The notes under the pieces: generated by a model
Database searches by the model: none
Seen by the model: only the letters and a program-made list of their open reading frames with translations
Told to the model about the DNA's origin: nothing
Program-made: the position numbers and the translations under genes
Part shown: positions 47,650 through 56,808 of the stretch, in pieces
Numbering within the stretch: the first letter of the stretch is position 1
Layout of the letters: each line of letters opens with the position of its first letter
Origin: Calditrichota bacterium
GTDB lineage: Bacteria > CLD3
Direction: 5' to 3'
DNA: 64,000 bases
NCBI GenBank assembly: GCA_008501735.1
Contig: QQUF01000033.1
Location: 65,727 to 129,726, forward strand

Positions 47650-50556
47650 TTAATGAATCAATGTCATTTTTTTAATTTCTTGAAATTTACCTGCACTTAA
47701 TTTGTAAAAATAAATTCCTGAAGAAACAAGCGAATTTTTAGAATCCGTTCCATTCCAAATCACAGTTCCTTTTTTTTCCTCAAGTTCAAATTCTTTAACT
47801 GTTTCACCCAAAATATTAAAGATTACTAATTTCGCATTTTCAGAATTCGCAATTTCTAATTCATAATTAATTGAAGTTGTTGGGTTAAAAGGGTTTGGAT
47901 AATTTTGACTTAATTTGAAACTAAAAGGAGAATTGCTAATTTCTTTTGAATCTGCCAAAACGTCCCACCAAATCAGTAAGCTTTCCATAAAATTTTCTAA
48001 TCCGCTAAGACTTGGGTTTGGGGATTCCAAAATTGCCGACAGTGAGAAACCAGAAACAACCGTTTTCCAATTTGTTCCAGAATTGTAAACAACTGCAGGA
48101 GAGAAATTAGAACTTACTCCGTAGTTAAAAGCGGTTGTTCCATTCAGGTTTATCATTGCATCTTTTCCATTTTGCTGAACTCCGTTCACTGAATAAAGTT
48201 TGTCGTTTCCAAGAGGGTCGTTTTGAACACTTTTGATAAAACTGTTAGTTGTGCCATTTGCATCAATTTGGATTCCAAAAACATTGGTTCCCAAAATTGT
48301 TCCTGTTAAACTATTTACAACATCTTCACCAGTAAGAAAAATATTTCCACCATTGTTCAAGAACGTTTCAATTGAATTCAAGTTTGCTGAATTCAAAGGA
48401 TTTGTTCCAAAATCACCAGTTTCCCAAATTACATTTTTATAAATTAATTGATTCAAAGTGTCTGCAGAAATTTCACCTCTTTCTACAACATTCCAATAGT
48501 AAAAAGGAATTTCCAAATCTTCTAAGGCAGTCAAATAATTCGCCTCATAATTTGCACCAGTGTCGTCGTCAATTAGCAAAACTTGAGTAGTTTTCAAGCT
48601 AAAAGTTTCTTGCAATGGATTTGAGTTTGCTACTACAAAAGTGTCAGGTAAAGATTTAATCTCAAAATTTAATTTTGGAACTAAACTTAAGTTAGAATAA
48701 TTCAAAAATTCACTGTACGAAACAGGAATTTGAGAAAAACTAAAGTTACCGTTTACATCACTCTGCACTGTTAATTTAACTTCGTCAATATTTCCATAAT
48801 TGGCAAACAACTCAACTTTGACATTTTCAATTGGTTGAGAATTATCAGAAAGAATCGTCCCATTAAAATCTCCAAGAACTGAATTTTGTAAAACTGTATC
48901 TTGTTGAACAAATTCACCTAAAGTTAGATTTTTTGAAATGATAAGTGGCTCAAATCCGAATTTGAAAACCTTTAATTCTTGTGTTCCCTGTGGAATCAAA
49001 ACAGAATAATTTCCTAATGAATCTGTAGTTGTAATTTTACTCTGAGTTTCAACTCTTGCTCCTTCAATCGGATTTCCGAATGAATCTGTAATTTGTCCTT
49101 GGATTGTTCCACCAAGCAAATTGTAAGCACCTTGAATGTTTGGTCTAACTCCAATTTGTTTAAAACTTTGAGCTTGAGGTGAGCCTGAAGCCATAAACAA
49201 ATCACGCAAATCTAACGCAGAAAGTGTTGCTGTTCCACCTGATACATTTTTGTAAAATCCTTGCAAACTTGCCAAAGCTCCTGTAACAATCGGTGAAGCA
49301 GAAGAAGTTCCACCAAAAGAATTTGTGTACTCTTGGTTAACATCATTTGTGCCAAAAGTGATTTCTCCATAACCTGCTGTGTAAACTCCAGAACCCCAAC
49401 CACTTAAGTCAACAGTTTCACCGTAATTTGTAAACCATTCAGGAGCATTTGCACTTGGAGTTCCTGCTCCAATCGTAACTGCTCCGCTGTCGTTTGATTT
49501 CAAGAACCAATCATTGTATTCAGGAGCATCTAAATCTTGTTGTCCATTTCCAGCAGCCTGAATCACAACTCTTCCGTCACCTGTTGCTGTTTGGATTGCA
49601 AAATATGCACTAATGTTCCACTCGCAAGGAACTAAGCCAAATTGTGATGTTCCGCCAGTGTGATTTGGTCCAGGAATGTGAACTTCAAGTAAAATAAAAT
49701 CACCTTGATTTATTGAAAGTGAAGTTACCATTATTGTATTTCCAAATGAACCTCCAGCAGCCCAAGAATGAACACCAGCTGTTGCATCAGGAACAATTCC
49801 TGTAATTCCATAACCATTATCTTGTCCGACCATTTCACCAAGAACCGCAGTTCCGTGGTCAAAATCCGAACCACTTCCAGGACTTGTTCCATTCAAAACA
49901 TAATTTGGGTCAATACAATAATCTTCGTGATTCTCGTTCCAAGCATTCTCTAAGTCAATTATAACAATTCCTTGACCTGTTCCACCAGGAATTGTCCAAC
50001 CAAAATTTGCGTCAACACCAAGAGGTGCAGGACTTAAGTAACCTTGTGAACCTTGATAATTTGGAGTTGTCGGCGAAATGTCAGAAACGTTACAAACAGG
50101 AACTTTTGGAATCGGACAAGGAAAAGCAACTTCAACAAAATCTAAACGATTTAAGTCGTCAATTAAATTTTGAACTTCGGTTTTCGTACTTTTCTCAAAT
50201 TCGGCAATAAAGAATAAATTTAAATCAGGTAGGATTTTGTTAAGATTCTGCTCTGCTCTACTTCGAGACGCATTCAATTCTTCTTTTGGAGAAGTGTAAG
50301 ATTTTCTTAGCAAAGTTAATTTTTGAGAATTTAAAACAGAATTTAACTGTTCTAATTTTTCAATATTTGTTGAGATTAGTTTTCCATCTACAAAATCAAA
50401 TCCTTCGTTCTCCCAAATTTTGAATTCAATTTTATCTAAGTAAACGCCTTCAGTAACAAGGCTTTGATTTGGAGAATAGTTTACAATTCTACGTTCAGTT
50501 GAAAATAAATCTTGGGTAAGTAGTAGTGCTAAAAAGAGACTAAAGACAATTTGCAT
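47650..50556 (-). CDS. Secreted subtilisin-like (S8) protease with a T9SS C-terminal sorting domain.
   Basis: It has a signal peptide. Motifs are GQGIVIIDLE (Asp), DFDHGTAVLGEM (His) and GGTSSASPIVTGALA (Ser). The C-terminus is LSQNYPNPFNPTTSINYE...VSSGIYFYKLSAGKFQEIKKMTLIH. Confidence 0.85.
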   Translation of the reverse strand: MQIVFSLFLALLLTQDLFSTERRIVNYSPNQSLVTEGVYLDKIEFKIWENEGFDFVDGKLISTNIEKLEQLNSVLNSQKLTLLRKSYTSPKEELNASRSRAEQNLNKILPDLNLFFIAEFEKSTKTEVQNLIDDLNRLDFVEVAFPCPIPKVPVCNVSDISPTTPNYQGSQGYLSPAPLGVDANFGWTIPGGTGQGIVIIDLENAWNENHEDYCIDPNYVLNGTSPGSGSDFDHGTAVLGEMVGQDNGYGITGIVPDATAGVHSWAAGGSFGNTIMVTSLSINQGDFILLEVHIPGPNHTGGTSQFGLVPCEWNISAYFAIQTATGDGRVVIQAAGNGQQDLDAPEYNDWFLKSNDSGAVTIGAGTPSANAPEWFTNYGETVDLSGWGSGVYTAGYGEITFGTNDVNQEYTNSFGGTSSASPIVTGALASLQGFYKNVSGGTATLSALDLRDLFMASGSPQAQSFKQIGVRPNIQGAYNLLGGTIQGQITDSFGNPIEGARVETQSKITTTDSLGNYSVLIPQGTQELKVFKFGFEPLIISKNLTLGEFVQQDTVLQNSVLGDFNGTILSDNSQPIENVKVELFANYGNIDEVKLTVQSDVNGNFSFSQIPVSYSEFLNYSNLSLVPKLNFEIKSLPDTFVVANSNPLQETFSLKTTQVLLIDDDTGANYEANYLTALEDLEIPFYYWNVVERGEISADTLNQLIYKNVIWETGDFGTNPLNSANLNSIETFLNNGGNIFLTGEDVVNSLTGTILGTNVFGIQIDANGTTNSFIKSVQNDPLGNDKLYSVNGVQQNGKDAMINLNGTTAFNYGVSSNFSPAVVYNSGTNWKTVVSGFSLSAILESPNPSLSGLENFMESLLIWWDVLADSKEISNSPFSFKLSQNYPNPFNPTTSINYELEIANSENAKLVIFNILGETVKEFELEEKKGTVIWNGTDSKNSLVSSGIYFYKLSAGKFQEIKKMTLIH

Positions 50557-50655
50557 AAGATTTCCCTGAAACTTTGGTTAAGGTTTTAAAAGTTAAGGAT
50601 AGAAAATTGAAAAGATAATTTTTATTCCAATTATTAACAAGTTCAATTTCTCTTG

Positions 50656-50726
50656 GAGTGAGAACCCGACTCAGAGTCGGAATCTCACAACTCTTCTGAG
50701 ATTCTCACTCCCAGTGAGGCTCTCAG
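50656..50726. repeat. REP-like palindromic element (two hairpins) immediately 3' of the RAYT gene.
   Basis: GAGAACCCGACTCAGAGTCGGAATCTC and CTGAGATTCTCACTCCCAGTGAGGCTCTCAG. Confidence 0.8.
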
Positions 50727-50735
50727 TTTCTAAAA

Positions 50736-51284
50736 TCAAATCCAGTATTTTGCTTTAACTTCTGAAATTATCGTTTGCGAAAATTTGTAGTAGGATTTTG
50801 GGTTTTCAAATTTCGACAAAATTAGTTCTTTCTTAGGCAAACTTCCATTTCGCAATTCGACGTAATCTTGGAAACTGCTAAACTCCCAATCTTCTTGTTT
50901 GTCAACTAAATTTGCTCGTAATGGGTTTTGGTGAATGTAAGTTACAAGGTTTACAAAATAGCTTGGTTCATCAACCAATTTCATTTTCGCGTGTTTCTGA
51001 AACAAACTACCTTGCCTACGAAATCGTTTGTTAATTCCTCTTGTGTAAGAACTTTGTAAAGTGCCGATTTTACTTTTTAGCTCTGAAATGTCTTCTGAAA
51101 TAATTTTAATCAAAAAATGAAAATGTGTTGGCATCAGACAGTAAGCAATTGTTTCAAGATGCTCGTCAAGGTGAAATCTGTATTTTCGTAAAAAGTAGAT
51201 GTAGTTGTCTCTTTCTTTGAAAAGTAATTCACGATTGTTACTTCTGTTGTAAAAATGGTAGTAGTTGTCTTTGTAAAGTTCCAT
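50736..51284 (-). CDS. REP-associated tyrosine transposase (RAYT; IS200/IS605 TnpA-like HUH Y1 transposase).
   Basis: 182 aa. The HUH motif is MPTHFHFLIK. The catalytic Tyr context is YIHQNPLRA. The gene is flanked on both sides by REP hairpins. Confidence 0.8.
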   Translation of the reverse strand: MELYKDNYYHFYNRSNNRELLFKERDNYIYFLRKYRFHLDEHLETIAYCLMPTHFHFLIKIISEDISELKSKIGTLQSSYTRGINKRFRRQGSLFQKHAKMKLVDEPSYFVNLVTYIHQNPLRANLVDKQEDWEFSSFQDYVELRNGSLPKKELILSKFENPKSYYKFSQTIISEVKAKYWI

Positions 51285-51295
51285 TTATTCCTCAT

Positions 51296-51458
51296 CTTCT
51301 GAGATTCATCTCTGAGATTCTCACTTCCAGTGAGGCTCTCAGTTTGATTTTAAAGTTTAGCGAGAAAGCCCGTTTTAATGTTTAGCGAGTGAGAGCCCGA
51401 CTCAGAGTCGGAATCTCACAAAATCCTCTGAGATTCTCACTCCCAGTGAGGCTCTCAG
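51296..51458. repeat. Cluster of 3 or more REP-like hairpins (BIME-like) immediately 5' of the RAYT gene.
   Basis: CTGAGATTCTCACTTCCAGTGAGGCTCTCAG; GAGAGCCCGACTCAGAGTCGGAATCTC; CTGAGATTCTCACTCCCAGTGAGGCTCTCAG. The short internal duplication tttagcgag appears twice. Confidence 0.8.
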
Positions 51459-51468
51459 TTAAAGTTGT

Positions 51469-52854
51469 CTAATAAGCACTTTTATCGAAAAACACTTTTA
51501 CGCAGGTGATTAAAATTATCTTGAAGTCAAATCTGAAGCTCCAATTTTCGATATAAAATGTGTCGTATTCAATTCTGCGTTGAATGGAAGAATCTCCTCG
51601 AAATCCATTTATTTGAGCCCAACCTGTAATTCCAGTTTTTACTTGGTGTCTGCTCATATAATTTTGGAAATCTTCTCGGAATTTTTCTGCAAAATGTGGT
51701 CTTTCGGGTCTTGGACCAACAACACTCATTTGACCTTTTAAAACATTCCAAAATTGTGGCAATTCATCAAGAGAAGTTTTCCTCAAAATTTTTCCAATTA
51801 CTGTAACTCTTTTGTCATTTTCAGTTGTCCACTTTGTATCAGACTCTTTAACAATCTGCTCAAACATTGTTCTAAATTTATAAATTGAAAAAGGTTTATT
51901 GTCTAATCCTAACCTCTCCTGTTTAAAGAGAATTTTGCCTTTTGAAGTAAACTTTATCCCAAGAGCAATTAGTAAAAAAACAGGAGAAAAGACTATTAAC
52001 ACAAAAGAAGAAAAAAGAATATCAAAAATTCTTTTAAAGATTCGATTTCTAAATCTTGCTAATGGAGTCGGCTGTACGGAGACCAAAAAATTATCTACGA
52101 CTCTTTCAATTTTAATATTCGAGTTATTAATCGCTTCACTAAAATTTGGCAAAATTTGAATCTTAATCCCTTCACTATGACAAAAATTTATTTCCCTAAA
52201 GATATTCTCTGAATCACCTTTTTCAGGAATCGAAAAAAAGACGATTCTTGTATGATTTTGCTTCACGTAGTTTCTTAAATCAGAAATATTGCCCAAAAGA
52301 TTTTTTTCTCCCGAATCGTCAAAAAAACCTAAAAAATTTAAGTCTTGAGTCGTGTCATTTATAAGCCTTTCAACAAGATTAACTGCTTTTTTATCTTTCC
52401 CTACTATGACGAATCCTTCTCTACCTGACTTTGAGAAAATGAATTTTTTGTAAAGGGAACCAAAGAAAATGTGAACTATTGAAGTAATTGAAAAATTCAG
52501 AAGCCAAAAATACCCGACAGTTAAACGAGAAAATGAAGGTCCTCGAAAAAAGAAAATGAATCCCAAAACTCCTGCAACTACAAGAGTTACTTTCAAAAAA
52601 GTACTTCTCAAAATCCAAGTAAATTGCTGTACCGGAAGATTTGAATAGTGGTCTTGATTCATAAAAATGAAGATTTCTCCAATTGTAAAAACAAGACTTA
52701 AAAGAAAATAATACTGTGGGTCGTAAGGTGCAGGAGGAATTCCGCCAATCATTAAATCAAAGCGTAAAAACAGTGCAAGTTCAAATATTAATAGAATTGC
52801 GAAAAAGTCAACAACGATTAGAATTAATTTAAATTGATTTAATCGTTCTCGCAT
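51469..52854 (-). CDS. Polyprenyl glycosylphosphotransferase (bacterial sugar transferase, WbaP/EpsL-like priming enzyme).
   Basis: There are N-terminal TM helices. The C-terminus is KRIFDILFSSFVLIV...YKFRTM...LDELPQFWNVLKGQMSVVGPRP. Confidence 0.85.
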   Translation of the reverse strand: MRERLNQFKLILIVVDFFAILLIFELALFLRFDLMIGGIPPAPYDPQYYFLLSLVFTIGEIFIFMNQDHYSNLPVQQFTWILRSTFLKVTLVVAGVLGFIFFFRGPSFSRLTVGYFWLLNFSITSIVHIFFGSLYKKFIFSKSGREGFVIVGKDKKAVNLVERLINDTTQDLNFLGFFDDSGEKNLLGNISDLRNYVKQNHTRIVFFSIPEKGDSENIFREINFCHSEGIKIQILPNFSEAINNSNIKIERVVDNFLVSVQPTPLARFRNRIFKRIFDILFSSFVLIVFSPVFLLIALGIKFTSKGKILFKQERLGLDNKPFSIYKFRTMFEQIVKESDTKWTTENDKRVTVIGKILRKTSLDELPQFWNVLKGQMSVVGPRPERPHFAEKFREDFQNYMSRHQVKTGITGWAQINGFRGDSSIQRRIEYDTFYIENWSFRFDFKIILITCVKVFFDKSAY

Positions 52855-53722
52855 AATTTCTTGCTCTAAAGGGAGTTAAAATTAATTTTATTAAAAAACT
52901 TACAATTATGCCAATGTAAACAATAAATCCAATTCCAAGAGAATATTTTTGTGCAAAATGTTTGTTGAAAAATATTAACATTGCCTTATAAAATTCCAAA
53001 AGCGCTTTAAAATTTGTTAGATTTTTACTGCTCACACTCTTGAGATGGGTTATTTGTACTTCACCAAAATAAGCGTTTTCAAATCCTGCTTTTTTCGCTC
53101 TTAAACAAAAATCTAGATCCTCACCATACATAAAAAAATCTTCATCAAAATATCCAATTTCCTCTAGCAAAGACTTACGGCAAAGCATAAAAGCTCCTGA
53201 AATTGCATCAACTAAAAAGTTGTCTTTTTCTGGAAAAGTCGAAAGATTGTAAGCTGTAAACTTTGGATTTTTGGGAAAGAGTTTGTGTAAAAAGAAAAGC
53301 CTGTAAAATGACGTTTCAGGAGTTGGGAAACTTCTTTTACAAGCTGGGTCAATTTTCCCATCACTTAAAGTCAGTCTTGGAGTTACAAATCCGAATTTGT
53401 CATTTTTTTTAATGTTGGAAAGAAGGAAATCTAAAGCATTTTGGTTTACAATAGCATCAGGATTTAGAATTAAAACAAATTCGCCTGTTGTTTGTTTTAA
53501 AACCAAATTATTAGCTTTTCCAAAACCTAAATTTTGAGAGTTTTGAGTGAATGTTACTTTTGGAAAATGTTCGGAAATAATTTTTTGAGTAGAGTCTTTT
53601 GAGTTATTGTCAACAACAAAAATTTCTTTTTTTATGAATTTTGTACTTTCAAAAAGTGCTTCCAAACAACTCTGAATTGTGGATTCTGAATTGTAAGTAA
53701 CGATTACAACTGAAAGTAACAT
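52829..53722 (-). CDS. GT2 glycosyltransferase.
   Basis: LSVVIVTYNSESTI...VVDNNSKDST. Confidence 0.8.
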   Translation of the reverse strand: MLLSVVIVTYNSESTIQSCLEALFESTKFIKKEIFVVDNNSKDSTQKIISEHFPKVTFTQNSQNLGFGKANNLVLKQTTGEFVLILNPDAIVNQNALDFLLSNIKKNDKFGFVTPRLTLSDGKIDPACKRSFPTPETSFYRLFFLHKLFPKNPKFTAYNLSTFPEKDNFLVDAISGAFMLCRKSLLEEIGYFDEDFFMYGEDLDFCLRAKKAGFENAYFGEVQITHLKSVSSKNLTNFKALLEFYKAMLIFFNKHFAQKYSLGIGFIVYIGIIVSFLIKLILTPFRARNYARTIKSI

Positions 53723-54445
53723 CTACTTGTAATTACCAAAAATTTTGCCAAGTCTTAGTCGCCAAACCAAAAAAGCTGCTTCCCAAATTATATCAGGGTG
53801 CATTTTGGAAGTTCCTCTTTCTCGGTCTCTAAAAATTATAGGAATTTCTTTAACACGAAAATTTCTAACCCAAATCTTGAAGTTAATTTCAATTTGGAAA
53901 GAATATCCATCGGAATGAACTCGGTTTAAATCTATCGCTTTAAGTGCTTCAATACGAATACATTTAAATCCGCCAGTTGCATCTTTGATTGGCATTCCTG
54001 TAATGATTTTTGAATAAACATTTGCAAAGTAGCTCAAAAGCAATCGGCTAAGAGGCCAGTTTACAACATTGACTCCAGTAATGTAACGTGAGCCAATTAC
54101 TAAATCATTGTCTTTGATAGTTTCTAAAAATTGCCTTAGAACTTCTGGACTGTGCGAGAAATCTGCGTCCATTTGGCAAACAATATCATAATTATTTTCG
54201 ATTGCCCATTGGAATCCTTTTACGTAAGCAGTTCCAAGACCAAGTTTGCCTTCTCTTTGCAAAAGGTGAATTTTAGGATTAATTTTGGAAAGGTCTTTAA
54301 CGATTTCAGCAGTTCCATCTGGTGAATTGTCGTCAATTACCAAAATCTCAACACCCAAATTAAGATTTTCTATACTTTCAAGAATTAGGGATATATTCTC
54401 TGATTCGTTGTAAGTAGGAATAATTACTAAAGTTTTCTCACTCAT
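53723..54445 (-). CDS. GT2 polyprenol-phosphate mannose/glucose synthase (Dpm1-like).
   Basis: LVIIPTYNESENI...VIDDNSPDGT...QMDADFSH. Confidence 0.8.
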   Translation of the reverse strand: MSEKTLVIIPTYNESENISLILESIENLNLGVEILVIDDNSPDGTAEIVKDLSKINPKIHLLQREGKLGLGTAYVKGFQWAIENNYDIVCQMDADFSHSPEVLRQFLETIKDNDLVIGSRYITGVNVVNWPLSRLLLSYFANVYSKIITGMPIKDATGGFKCIRIEALKAIDLNRVHSDGYSFQIEINFKIWVRNFRVKEIPIIFRDRERGTSKMHPDIIWEAAFLVWRLRLGKIFGNYK

Positions 54446-54454
54446 TAATTCAAC

Positions 54455-55030
54455 TTATAAATGTTTCTTAAGTTCGTTTTCAAAGACATCTTTGTCGCGA
54501 TAACCAACAAAACGGTTTACAATTTTACCTTCTTTGTTCAAGACAAAGGTTGTTGGAATTGGTTTAACACCATAAGCAGCAATAACATCAGGTTTTACAA
54601 CAACTTGCAAATAATTCATTTTATAACTTTTAACAAATTTTTCAACAACTTCTTTTCCTTGGTCAACACTGACACCTAACATTACAAAATCCTTGTCAGC
54701 GAACTCTTTTGAAAGTTCAACAAAATGTGGGATTTCAGCTCTACAAGGTGGACACCAAGTTGCCCAAAAATCTAAAATGACGATTTTTCCCTTTAAGTCT
54801 TTGATAGATTTAAATTTGCCATTTTCATCTTGCCACTGAAAATTTGGTGCTTCTTGATTTAAAAAATTATAATCTGCAACTTTGTTTTTGGCAATTGATT
54901 TTCCTTCTGTAACAAAGCCGTACTTGATATTTTTATCATTTTCTGAATTTTCACTTTTCTTGTTCTCGGCACAAGAAACCAATGAAATAGAAACTATTAA
55001 TAAGAAAAATAATTTTAGAGATTTTAACAT
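54455..55030 (-). CDS. TlpA/ResA-like thiol:disulfide oxidoreductase lipoprotein (thioredoxin fold).
   Basis: WATWCPPCRAEIP. The start was chosen at MLKSLKLFFLLIVSISLVSC (lipobox), avoiding overlap with the upstream SPOR gene. Alternative starts are 55048 and 55123. Confidence 0.75.
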   Translation of the reverse strand: MLKSLKLFFLLIVSISLVSCAENKKSENSENDKNIKYGFVTEGKSIAKNKVADYNFLNQEAPNFQWQDENGKFKSIKDLKGKIVILDFWATWCPPCRAEIPHFVELSKEFADKDFVMLGVSVDQGKEVVEKFVKSYKMNYLQVVVKPDVIAAYGVKPIPTTFVLNKEGKIVNRFVGYRDKDVFENELKKHL

Positions 55031-55040
55031 TTTAATACTT

Positions 55041-55847
55041 TCATTCATTTTCGACGACAAAAGGTTTGAGACTTTCACCATTAATTTGAAGATTTTTAAA
55101 AGTTTCGGTCGCAGCTTTTGCATCTACCCTATTTTTGAAATTTCCAACTTTTACTTTAGAAAGCCCGTCCATTTGTGAATATTCCACAGAAACTTGTTCA
55201 CCAGAGATTTTACGAAGTTTTTCTGCAAAAGAATTTGCGTTTTTTTCAGTACCAGCAAAAACTTGCAAAGAATATTTTTCTTTTAAAGTAGAAATATTTT
55301 CATTTTGCGTTGGTATTCCAATTTCTGAGGAAACTATAAAAGCACCTCCATAAAATTTCTCTTTCACTTCCATTTTAAATTTTTCAGCTTCATTCCTTGT
55401 CAAGAAATTACCCATTCGGACTTTCCAAAGTCCATTTTCTTCAATAACGTAACCTTGAGTGTTTAATTTCTTTTCAGCTTGAATTTTGATATTTTCAGCA
55501 GAAATCGAATTTTGGAATGCCTCAATTTGTACTCGAAATCCCATTAAGACATTTGATTTAACAGGAGTAATCTCTTCAACTTTTGAAGGTTCTTCTTCAA
55601 TAATTGGTTGAATGTCAATTGGCTCTGACTCTGAAATTAAAATGTCAATTGGGTCGGTTTCACTTGCTTCTTTTGTAAGAAGCGTGTCAGCTTTTGGAAC
55701 TTCTTTAATGTTAATTAGTGGTTCTTTTTCGATTAAGGCTTTTTTCTGAGAAAGCCCACAAGAACTGAAAATTGCTGCAATAAAAAATAATAAAAAATAA
55801 TTTTTCAATTTAATTCTCCCTTGAAACTGTAAACTGTAAAAGTTCAA
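55041..55847 (-). CDS. SPOR-domain (peptidoglycan-binding) protein with two SPOR repeats.
   Basis: The two repeats are FRVQIEAF...NGLWKVRMGNFLTRNEAEKF and YSLQVFAG...GLSKVKVGNFKNRVDAKAA. Confidence 0.7.
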   Translation of the reverse strand: MNFYSLQFQGRIKLKNYFLLFFIAAIFSSCGLSQKKALIEKEPLINIKEVPKADTLLTKEASETDPIDILISESEPIDIQPIIEEEPSKVEEITPVKSNVLMGFRVQIEAFQNSISAENIKIQAEKKLNTQGYVIEENGLWKVRMGNFLTRNEAEKFKMEVKEKFYGGAFIVSSEIGIPTQNENISTLKEKYSLQVFAGTEKNANSFAEKLRKISGEQVSVEYSQMDGLSKVKVGNFKNRVDAKAATETFKNLQINGESLKPFVVENE

Positions 55848-56784
55848 TTAGTGCATTTTTATATTTCGAATCGTCAAAAAAATCTAAACTTGAAATGCCT
55901 TTTTCGACAAATTTTTGTGCCATTAATTCTGATTTTTCAAGACCTTCGTAACGATTGATAAAGTTAATAAAATATTCCAAATTGTTTAACTCAATTCCTT
56001 TTTTGACCTTAGAAATTATCTCTTTACGTTCTTTTTTATCACAAGTTTCTAAAGCTAAAATCATTGGTAAAGTTAGTTTCCCTTCCAAAAGGTCATTGCC
56101 TTGAGGCTTTCCTGTTTTTTCAAATTCACCCTGAAAGTTTAGCAAATCATCTTTAATTTGAAAAGCTATTCCAAGATTTTTTGCATAATTTTGGATTGCA
56201 TTTCTTGCTTCAAGCGTATTATTCCCACTTGTGATTACTCCTAGTTTACAAGATGCCATAAAAAGAGCAGCCGTTTTTGCTTCAATTAATTTCAAATAAA
56301 TTTCTAAAGGAATATCAACTTTACGTTTTGTCTCAATTTGTAAAAGTTCGCCCTCTGTCATAATTTGTGCAGTTTCGGCTAAAATTGAAATTGCTTCTAA
56401 ATTGTTGAGTTGATTTAAAATTTTCAAAGTCTGAGCAAACATATGGTCGCCAACAAAAACTGAAAGTCTGTTTTTCCAAATTTTATTCACTGACTCTGAG
56501 CCTCTTCTTGTTGGTGCTTCATCAATCACATCGTCGTGAATCAAAGTTGCCGTGTGAAGTAATTCCATTGCAATTGCTGACTTGATTGTTGAACCTTCTG
56601 TTTGACCACAAACTTTTGCAGAAAGGATTACCAAAATTGGTCTTAAACGTTTTCCACCTCTTTCAGAAACGTACGTAAAAATCTCGTCTGAAAGGGCTAC
56701 TTCACTTTTCAGAGTTTCTATGAGTTCCTTTTTTAAAATAGAAAATTCAGGCTCAATTGCTTCAAAGACTGCTTGTAAATTCAA
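55810..56784 (-). CDS. Polyprenyl diphosphate synthase (IspB-like trans-prenyltransferase).
   Basis: The FARM motif is LIHDDVIDEAPTRRG. The SARM motif is QIKDDLLNF. Confidence 0.85.
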   Translation of the reverse strand: MNLQAVFEAIEPEFSILKKELIETLKSEVALSDEIFTYVSERGGKRLRPILVILSAKVCGQTEGSTIKSAIAMELLHTATLIHDDVIDEAPTRRGSESVNKIWKNRLSVFVGDHMFAQTLKILNQLNNLEAISILAETAQIMTEGELLQIETKRKVDIPLEIYLKLIEAKTAALFMASCKLGVITSGNNTLEARNAIQNYAKNLGIAFQIKDDLLNFQGEFEKTGKPQGNDLLEGKLTLPMILALETCDKKERKEIISKVKKGIELNNLEYFINFINRYEGLEKSELMAQKFVEKGISSLDFFDDSKYKNALIELLQFTVSREN

Positions 56785-56808
56785 ATCTAATTTTTCTGGA
56801 TTTTATTC

